Positions 1 to 6,600 of a DNA stretch of 33,699 bases are shown one piece after another. The notes beneath the pieces are model-generated. The model was not told the DNA's origin. It worked only from the letters and a program-made list of their open reading frames with translations, and searched no databases. Made by a program: the position numbers and the translations under genes. Within the stretch, counting starts at the first letter, position 1. The number at the start of each line of letters is the position of its first letter. This stretch comes from a virus (lineage: Duplodnaviria; Caudoviricetes), in IMG/VR virus record IMGVR_UViG_3300044769_000034, positions 1 to 33,699 of that record; one strand, written 5' to 3'.

Positions 1-3000
1 CCACCGATCACTGGCAAGTTCGCTGTTAGCGCACCGGATGACGCAAGAGTTCCCGACGCCGTATACGCCAGCACGCCGCCGCTAGTGCCTGAAGTGAGAC
101 CCGTACCGCCCTGATCGACTGGCATAGTTCCAGTAGAAACCAACTTTTTATTCGAATCGGTAAAGACTGGCTTGGAAGCGGTAAGCCCCTTGACGACTTG
201 ATTTTGGATGTAGCTCGTCGAACAGCCCTCGACGATTAGATTGGCTAGGTTCGGGCACGCCGATCCGTTGGTCTCGCTGAAACCAAAGATATAATTGGCC
301 GTCGAACCAGCGGACCCCATATTCGCGACATCATGACCACCTGGCTCAAACGCGACGAAGAAGTTATTCGCCGGCCCGGTGAAATTGGTATAGTCGAGCA
401 ACAGCGCGCTGACGCCGCTGCCATCGCCGGTGCAGTGAAAGTTTGAGATCAGATTGTTGTCCGACCATCCCATACGCAGGCAGACACTGCTGTTCACCGG
501 CTTGACGATGAAATTGCGAAACGCATTGAAGTCACTATTCGCCGAAGCGTTAGCCGACTGGATGACGACGGCTTCATTGACGATGCCGGTAAATTGGAAC
601 TGCTCAAAGACGTTGTGCAACGAGTCGAAGTTGGTTCCTCCACCACTCCAACTCGCTTGTGTCTCCGTCAACAGGCCAGTTTTAAAAGTATCGATGACGA
701 TGTTTCGCGCGCTGCCATAACTGGCCGAAGTAATGTTTAAGCCGATCGAACTACTGCCGGACGATGCGCCGAGAATGTAGAGATTCTCTAATCCCCAACC
801 TTCGAGCGGACCGACAACTTTGATGCAGTCGCCGTTGGTCGTGCCGGTGCAATCGATCTTGGTCGACGGTCCCTGCGTATAGGTGTGCAAGAGGCCGCTC
901 GGCGGCGATGGCAGTCCACGGATCGTGATGCCGCTGACGCTGGAAAGCGCGCTAGTAGTGCCGTTGCCTAGCGTGATGTAATTCGTAGATGTTTGGGTAT
1001 AGGTTCCGGCGCCAAGACAGATCACGCCTCCGGTTGCTGGTAGCGCGCTGATCGCCGCTTGGATAACGTTGGTTCCCGGTGCGACATAAGAATCGCAGGC
1101 GCCATTGTTGGCGCGCGGCAGTTGGCCGGTGACGCCGGTCGTTAAAGGCAATCCGGTTGCGTTCGTTAGTGTGCCGGATGTCGGAGTTCCCAGAATTGGA
1201 GTTACGAGAGTCGGCGTGTTAGCAAATACCAAAGCCCCTGTGCCGGTTTCATCAGTAACAATCGTGCGAATCTCGGCACTAGTATCAATATCCGTCGATG
1301 CCAATCCGCCGCCCGATCCACACGCCGCCGCCGCGCTGACTAAATTCTTGCTTCCATCGGTTTCAACGCAACGCGAAGCGGTTAACCCCGAAAGATTCAA
1401 CGATGTGCCGGTAGCCGCGCCGAGTACCGGCGTCACCAATGTCGGCGTATCGGCGAAAACCGCTGCACCTGTCCCTGTCTCATTGGTCAAGGCGCTGGCA
1501 AGATTGGCACTGGACGGCGTTGCTAAGAAGGTGGCGATACCTGAGCCCAATCCCGAAACGCCTGTCGCTATGGGCAAACCCGTTGCATTAGTGAGGGTTC
1601 CTGATGTCGGCGTACCGAGTATCGGCGTGACAAGAGTTGGCGTATCGGCAAAGACCAATGCACCCGTACCGGTTTCACCTGTTACGGCGGAAGCCAGGTT
1701 CGCACTTGACGGCGTGCCAAGGAACGTAGCCACACCGGTACCCAGCGACGTAATACCCGTTCCGCCATTGGCTACGGGTAGAGTACCGGTGACTTCGGTA
1801 GTTAAATCAACATCCGCACAACCTTCTGCTGCTCCGCTAGCGTCGACACCTCGCGGAATCGAGCCGGAACAGTTCGATCCATTGGCCGCAAGCGCCGCTG
1901 AAGTCGTCGCCGTAATCGTGCCGCTTCCGCTCACCGCCAAGCTGGCGCCGGTGCCGACCACCATCGTGGCCGTTGTATTGGTTCCGCTTGCTATGGTGTC
2001 AAAGGATGGACTTCCGCCAGTTGAGTCGGCGGCGCATTCCCACGCGGTATCGCCGGCGTTGCGTTTTAAGATTTCATTAGCGGCGCAATCAATTAGTCCA
2101 AGCGAGCCGCCTTCTGTCCCGGTAAGCAAAAGCCCTTGGCTTGCCGTGGCGCTGGAAACGTAATTACCGGTAGTATGAGTACCAAGAGTAATCGCGTCAT
2201 TGGCGATGCTTGTCGCATTACCGCTTGACGTAACCGGGCCGGTTAAATTGGCATTGGTGGTGACAGTCGTGGCAAGATCAACGGTGATGTTGTTGGGTAT
2301 CTGCGCATCGGTAGCCGCTCCGCTGAGATTCGAAAACGCAGGCTGAGCGCACTCTCCGGCGCCGCTAGCATCGACGCCGAGCGCGAAGTTATTGCCTGAG
2401 CAATTCGCCCCATTGGCCGCCAACGCAGTAGCGGTTGAAGCATTGCCGCTTAGGGTCGCCGTGATCGTTCCAGCGGCAAAATTCCCGCTAGCATCGCGAG
2501 TAACGATCTGGCTTGCCGTGTTTGTCGCTACCGCGCCATGCGCGCTGGTTCCGGTCAAGGCCGCATGAGTATTCAACTCCGTTTGCGTCGCAACGTCGAA
2601 ACAGGACTCCACTGCGCCGCTAGCGTCGACGCCCAAAGGCGCGTTCCCTGAGCTGCAATTGGCGCCGTTGGCGGCTAGGGCCGTTGCCGTGCCGGCGTTG
2701 CCGGTAATCGATCCTGTTGCGCTGCCAATATTAGGAGTCGTTAGAGTTGGCGACGTGCCAAAGACGAGCGCACCAGTTCCGGTTTCGTCGGTAACGATGG
2801 CACGCAATTCCGCGCTCGTATCGATATCGGTGGACGCCAAGCCTCCACCGCCTCCACCGCCAGGAATGTCGCAGTCCGTCCGACTCGCGCCGGAATTATC
2901 AACGCAGGTTACGCCGGCGCCGGTGAGATTGAGCGTAGTGCGCTGAGCCAGCGCTGTCCCTTCATCGCGGACAGTAGCGTAGGCTGAGCCTGTGCCGCTG

Positions 3001-3212
3001 ATCGCCGCTACCCACGCCGAGCCGTTCCATACCATCAGCTGGTTTTGATTGACGCCGCTCGACGGTAGGCAGTAAGTCAGATTGGCTTCAGGTGAGGGAA
3101 TCCCCGCGCAGGTTGCGTTGTTGACGACAAACAGTCCACGCTCGGCGAAGGCCGGGGCTGCGACTGTAAGAATCGCGATTGTGAAAAAGAGCCGCCGTAA
3201 TAATTTATTCAT
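1..3212 (-). CDS. Large fibre/adhesin-like protein (>1070 aa, 3'-truncated by window edge) with N-terminal signal peptide, internal repeats and a beta-helix (tailspike/pectin-lyase-like) domain
   Basis: Manual translation: ATG at 3212 directly after the TGA of 3213..3611, and the frame stays open to base 1 (absent from ORF track because there is no stop). Starts MNKLLRRLFFTIAILTVAAPAFA-ERG. T/S/G/A-rich repeats (ETGTGALVFAxTPTLVTPxLG; ALAANGxNCS...GVDASGA). At ~1070-240: IQAAISALPATGGVICLGAGTY followed by beta-helix-like sequence. Confidence 0.85.
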   Translation of the reverse strand, partial: MNKLLRRLFFTIAILTVAAPAFAERGLFVVNNATCAGIPSPEANLTYCLPSSGVNQNQLMVWNGSAWVAAISGTGSAYATVRDEGTALAQRTTLNLTGAGVTCVDNSGASRTDCDIPGGGGGGGLASTDIDTSAELRAIVTDETGTGALVFGTSPTLTTPNIGSATGSITGNAGTATALAANGANCSSGNAPLGVDASGAVESCFDVATQTELNTHAALTGTSAHGAVATNTASQIVTRDASGNFAAGTITATLSGNASTATALAANGANCSGNNFALGVDASGAGECAQPAFSNLSGAATDAQIPNNITVDLATTVTTNANLTGPVTSSGNATSIANDAITLGTHTTGNYVSSATASQGLLLTGTEGGSLGLIDCAANEILKRNAGDTAWECAADSTGGSPSFDTIASGTNTTATMVVGTGASLAVSGSGTITATTSAALAANGSNCSGSIPRGVDASGAAEGCADVDLTTEVTGTLPVANGGTGITSLGTGVATFLGTPSSANLASAVTGETGTGALVFADTPTLVTPILGTPTSGTLTNATGLPIATGVSGLGSGIATFLATPSSANLASALTNETGTGAAVFADTPTLVTPVLGAATGTSLNLSGLTASRCVETDGSKNLVSAAAACGSGGGLASTDIDTSAEIRTIVTDETGTGALVFANTPTLVTPILGTPTSGTLTNATGLPLTTGVTGQLPRANNGACDSYVAPGTNVIQAAISALPATGGVICLGAGTYTQTSTNYITLGNGTTSALSSVSGITIRGLPSPPSGLLHTYTQGPSTKIDCTGTTNGDCIKVVGPLEGWGLENLYILGASSGSSSIGLNITSASYGSARNIVIDTFKTGLLTETQASWSGGGTNFDSLHNVFEQFQFTGIVNEAVVIQSANASANSDFNAFRNFIVKPVNSSVCLRMGWSDNNLISNFHCTGDGSGVSALLLDYTNFTGPANNFFVAFEPGGHDVANMGSAGSTANYIFGFSETNGSACPNLANLIVEGCSTSYIQNQVVKGLTASKPVFTDSNKKLVSTGTMPVDQGGTGLTSGTSGGVLAYTASGTLASSGALTANLPVIG
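1130..2860 (-). repeat. Mosaic intragenic repeats of the fibre gene
   Basis: GGGLASTDIDTSAE(L/I)RxIVTDETGTGALVF x2 (~2760-2850, ~1225-1315); ALAANGxNCS...GVDASGAxExC-like unit x3 (~2600-2685, ~2345-2430, ~1815-1895); ATFLxTPSSANLASAxTxETGTGAxVFADTPTLVTP x2 (~1625-1730, ~1425-1535). Confidence 0.85.
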
Positions 3213-3611
3213 TCAAATTCCCGTCCAGTCGATGATTTCCGAGCCATTGCAGAACACCTTTTTCTTGGCGGCGTTGGCTACGGTGATGCCGGTGCCGGTG
3301 ATGGTCTTGAACGTGGTGTTAAATCCGCCAGTACAAGAGTTGAGCAATAGATACCACTTCTTATTTGCCGGGACGGTGAAGGTCCGACCTGCACCTTGCG
3401 CGCCGGTGAATTCGATGATGGACGTGCGCAGCGCTTTATATTTCCCCGTTGTCGCCACTTGTTCGTCACCGGTTGACCAGTCTACGTTTGCCGAGACGTC
3501 TACTTGACGGAGTTCGCTCATGGCCAAATCAAGTTGATCATCAGCAGTATTGCTGTCGACGTAATTGTTGGCCTGGTTGCCGTCGATTGTTTCTAGTGAA
3601 AGATTTCCCAT
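3213..3611 (-). CDS. Tail fibre-associated/anchor protein (DUF2793-like N-terminus)
   Basis: N-terminus NLSLETIDGNQANNYVDSNTADDQLD resembles the DUF2793 start. C-terminal IIEFTGA..RTFTVP...LLNSCTGGF..TFKT..GTGITV...VFCNG is a common fibre module. Located in the tail-tip cluster. Confidence 0.55.
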   Translation of the reverse strand: MGNLSLETIDGNQANNYVDSNTADDQLDLAMSELRQVDVSANVDWSTGDEQVATTGKYKALRTSIIEFTGAQGAGRTFTVPANKKWYLLLNSCTGGFNTTFKTITGTGITVANAAKKKVFCNGSEIIDWTGI

Positions 3612-3615
3612 AGTA

Positions 3616-3882
3616 TTAGACCGTGGCGAACATTCTGCATGCGGCTTGATTGCCGAGAACCGCAGGCCGGAGATAAATCAAATCGAAGCCGCATTGCAGG
3701 ACTCGCGTATCGAGCACCGTTTCAAATCGTGCTATATCTACGCCTTGCTGTAAGACTCGCGTATCCAGTACCGTTTCAACTCGTGCTATATCCACGCCTT
3801 GCTGTAGAACGCGGGTATCGAGAACGGTCTCCGTCCTGGCTATATCTGCGCCTTGTTGTAGAACCCTTGTCTCTGTTGGCAT
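3616..3882 (-). CDS. Small repeat protein (18-aa tandem repeats), probable tail-tip component
   Basis: TRVLQQGxDIARxETVLD x3 plus a partial fourth copy. ATG abuts the upstream TAA. Repeat differences are mostly synonymous, which supports coding in this frame. Confidence 0.75.
   Translation of the reverse strand: MPTETRVLQQGADIARTETVLDTRVLQQGVDIARVETVLDTRVLQQGVDIARFETVLDTRVLQCGFDLIYLRPAVLGNQAACRMFATV
3701..3870. repeat. 54-bp degenerate tandem repeat (~3 copies)
   Basis: Units start at 3701, 3755 and 3809 (ac(t/g)cg(c/g)gtatc...gctatatc...gccttg(c/t)tgta). Confidence 0.9.
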
Positions 3883-4911
3883 TTAAGCGGTCCTCTCATA
3901 GCCGGTTTCGACCGAATTGACTCCCGACCCGATCCATGGCGCGGCGGTATCGGGATCTTCGGTAAAACATTCTTTGACATACTGGTTTGAGCCGAGCGGC
4001 GGATTTAAAGCGGCTCCGGGATTGTAATCTGTTCCGCCCTGGCGAAGTAAAAACTTTAACTGCGCGCCGCCAGCGTCCTGTTTGTTAACAAGCATCACCG
4101 GACAGACCGCGATGGGTGTTGACGTTGCAAGTATCGATCCGTGGGTAAAACTATCTTTATCGCCAACCGTATCGGTTAAATTATAATCCGCCGTGTTAGG
4201 TGACCCGGACTCGTCGATTTGGCTGACGTTGGTACTACTGAGTGGCGTCCACTGCGCGTAGTTGCCGGCTCCGTTGGACGGGAAATAATCGACATGAGCG
4301 TCGCCGCTCCAATCGTCGTTTCGCACTAACATGTGGCAAAAATCCAAAGTCTCGCTGCCGGACCCGCTGACAGGAATATTGCAGTACGCAATCGAATCGA
4401 TTAGTGCATTGCCAGTAATTTGAGTATCGAGCCCGGTCAATCCTACTAAGCCAAGAATACCCGCGCTATCTCCGTTCAGCCTCACGTCGACAGTTCCAGT
4501 AGAGTTATCAATCTTGACCTTCGGCTCGACTTGAAAATAGACGTTGGCAAAGACAACCTGATTGGTCGACGTGGCGAGAGTTGTGCCGCTGCGCGTTACT
4601 CGCAGCTTGCCTTCTGGAGTGATTCTTAAATCGACCTGTACCGTAGCAGATTCCAATAGCTGTAAAATGGTGCGGTCGAGTGACGGCAGTGCGGATATTC
4701 GTATCGCTACTGGAGCCCATCGCGTTTGGCCTGATGTCAGAAGCGATCCTCTGACGGACGGAGCGCCTGAAGTACTGGTAAAGCGTAGACTCGGTCCGCC
4801 AGTGCGCCCGCCCGTTGCATTGATCGCCTGTGAACCTGAGCCGCCAATGCTGGAAAAATTATCCAGTATCGTAGTTGAGTAGCCCAGACTTGCCCAAAAA
4901 TCTAAAGACAT
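3883..4911 (-). CDS. Putative tail-tip structural protein with lectin/LamG-like beta-sandwich
   Basis: 342 aa, beta-rich, S/T/G-rich. Motifs YFQVEPKVKI...GTVDVRLNG and PSNGAGNYAQW...VSQIDE are reminiscent of phage tail proteins. Position in the tail cluster. Confidence 0.55.
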   Translation of the reverse strand: MSLDFWASLGYSTTILDNFSSIGGSGSQAINATGGRTGGPSLRFTSTSGAPSVRGSLLTSGQTRWAPVAIRISALPSLDRTILQLLESATVQVDLRITPEGKLRVTRSGTTLATSTNQVVFANVYFQVEPKVKIDNSTGTVDVRLNGDSAGILGLVGLTGLDTQITGNALIDSIAYCNIPVSGSGSETLDFCHMLVRNDDWSGDAHVDYFPSNGAGNYAQWTPLSSTNVSQIDESGSPNTADYNLTDTVGDKDSFTHGSILATSTPIAVCPVMLVNKQDAGGAQLKFLLRQGGTDYNPGAALNPPLGSNQYVKECFTEDPDTAAPWIGSGVNSVETGYERTA

Positions 4912-4915
4912 TTTC

Positions 4916-5404
4916 TTACCTCAATCCCCGAAAACCAAAATACATTCCGTTAAGCGTAGCGTCCGGTGACGCCGGATTGAAAACTTCCAGATAGTCGGTT
5001 CTGCCGAGTAGAGTAACGGGGCTGGCAAAGTCAGAAACCGGAGTCGTCGTGCCAGCGTTGACAGTTATGCTTCCTACGGTGCCTCCGTTTTTCTTAACCG
5101 TGAACACCGTCAAAGCTGTCGCCGCGACTTTGGCGATGCCGCAAGTTAGCGTCTCTGCGGGTATGACGATATCGACGAGAGGCATAACGCCGAGGATGAT
5201 CGCCGAGCCCGCTTGGACTTCTAGCATCTGACCGTGAATCGCGTAGATATGCTTCCCCTCGCGGTCGTCCAAAGCCGCGATTAAATCATCGATGTCGATA
5301 ACCTTGCTACCATCGGCGCCATCGCTGGTACGCAGCAACATAAGCATGTCAGCGGTTTGAAGATCGGTGACAATTGCGGTTCCTGATAGATCAGACCATT
5401 TCAT
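4916..5404 (-). CDS. Putative tail fibre-associated structural protein
   Basis: 162 aa, ATGA overlap with the upstream gene. Fibre-type N-terminus (KWSDL...DMLMLLR...KVIDIDDL) and a C-terminal beta domain (FTVKKNG..VGSI...PASPDATL). Confidence 0.55.
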   Translation of the reverse strand: MKWSDLSGTAIVTDLQTADMLMLLRTSDGADGSKVIDIDDLIAALDDREGKHIYAIHGQMLEVQAGSAIILGVMPLVDIVIPAETLTCGIAKVAATALTVFTVKKNGGTVGSITVNAGTTTPVSDFASPVTLLGRTDYLEVFNPASPDATLNGMYFGFRGLR

Positions 5405-6600
5405 GCGGTTTCAAACTCCATTGCGCTGCCATCTTCAAATTCCATCAAAGCGCCGCTTTCAAATTCCATCTCAAATGCACCAATGCCGGATTCTCCCGAC
5501 GGATGAATGACCGCATGGCCGGGATAGCCGCGCCCCACAGCTGCGCTAATCTGGTAGACGTTGACATGAAGATTCGTTTCTTTCGTTCCGCCGAAATCCG
5601 TGACTTGATCGGCGTTCAAATAGCTGACGGTCGGCGTTGTCGAAGTGAGCGTGCGATATACGGTCAACTCGTCGTCGCTCAAAATATCAATTTCATAGGC
5701 TTCACTTTCTTCGCCAAGCGGCGGGTCAAAGAAGTCCCGGCCATTCCTGCCGACAAGGCGCGAGCGGCGATTCCAAGTCAGAATCACATTGTCGCTGCCA
5801 TCGAATGAGCCAGTGATATCCACCGGCGCGTAAGGCTTCAACGAAATGCCGGTATCTGTGAACAAAACAACGGCGGCATTTTCCAGCGCTTGGCCGCTGG
5901 TGACTGCCTTGAAGTGGCGCTGCAAGTCCAGGTCGGCGAGTTCGTCATTGATACGGCGGATCGTGTCTTCGGTTAGAACTATGAACCGCTCGCTAAGTTG
6001 ATGTGTACCGATAGCCCATTCGGTGCCCTTATAGCCACGCACCATCGGGCCCAGTAGCCGCCAAGTATCCGCCGTGAGTTGCTCAACGTTTTGATTCAAA
6101 ATGATTTCGTTGCCGACGAGATAAGCCACCGCGCCTTTCAAGGTGTTATTCGCGCCGAAGCTTTCCAGCGTTCCGCCGATCATCGTTACGTCCAGCGTAT
6201 TGACGTAATCCCATAGCGCCGTCGGGCCTGCCAGCAGCTTTGTTTTGCAAAAGCCGATAGGACAAGCAACGTCGACGGTTTTGAGATTATGAAAATCGGC
6301 AGTCTCGTCCGGACTCTCATAGAGAACCGCCGCGTTCCACGCCGATGTGACACCGCGCATCCCCGCGTAGAAGCCTGGCCCGTCGTCGGCATCGCGAAGC
6401 GTAGGAATATCCATGAGGCGCAAGATGGTAGAGCCTGGCGCCGCAACGCTTTGATTGGGATAGCCCGCGCGGTCAACCACGTCGCCGATGGCGTTCGACT
6501 GATAAATTGATGGATCTTCATCCACCATCTTCAGCGAGATAATGCCCTCGGCGGCGATGCCGACTTCGGTGAGGCGAACGGGTATGTCGCGTGTTGCCAT
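5401..6600 (-). CDS. Megatron/host-specificity-like tail tip protein, C-terminal part (RcGTA g15/rcc01698-like C-terminus)
   Basis: LRLMDIPTLR, WNAAVLYES, LLAGPTALWD..NTLDV, VGNEII, RGYKGTE, LKPYAPV, LTWNRRSR, PLGEESEAYEIDI, VYQISAAVGRGYP all match the C-terminal half of GTA-type megatron proteins. Confidence 0.8.
   Translation of the reverse strand: MATRDIPVRLTEVGIAAEGIISLKMVDEDPSIYQSNAIGDVVDRAGYPNQSVAAPGSTILRLMDIPTLRDADDGPGFYAGMRGVTSAWNAAVLYESPDETADFHNLKTVDVACPIGFCKTKLLAGPTALWDYVNTLDVTMIGGTLESFGANNTLKGAVAYLVGNEIILNQNVEQLTADTWRLLGPMVRGYKGTEWAIGTHQLSERFIVLTEDTIRRINDELADLDLQRHFKAVTSGQALENAAVVLFTDTGISLKPYAPVDITGSFDGSDNVILTWNRRSRLVGRNGRDFFDPPLGEESEAYEIDILSDDELTVYRTLTSTTPTVSYLNADQVTDFGGTKETNLHVNVYQISAAVGRGYPGHAVIHPSGESGIGAFEMEFESGALMEFEDGSAMEFETA

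Noticed and set aside
1105-2163. 352 aa plus-strand ORF, also 454..720, 2659..2946 and 3082..3507
   Set aside because: Antisense shadows of the T/G/A-rich fibre gene and its neighbour. The V/P-rich repeats mirror the real frame, and all recognisable genes are on the minus strand.
1130-2860. Repeat pairs as DGR template/variable repeats
   Set aside because: The differences are not adenine-specific, all copies are coding, and there is no reverse transcriptase in the window.
3701-3870. 54-bp repeats as a possible CRISPR array
   Set aside because: Contiguous units without unique spacers, period divisible by 3, synonymous variation, and no cas genes.
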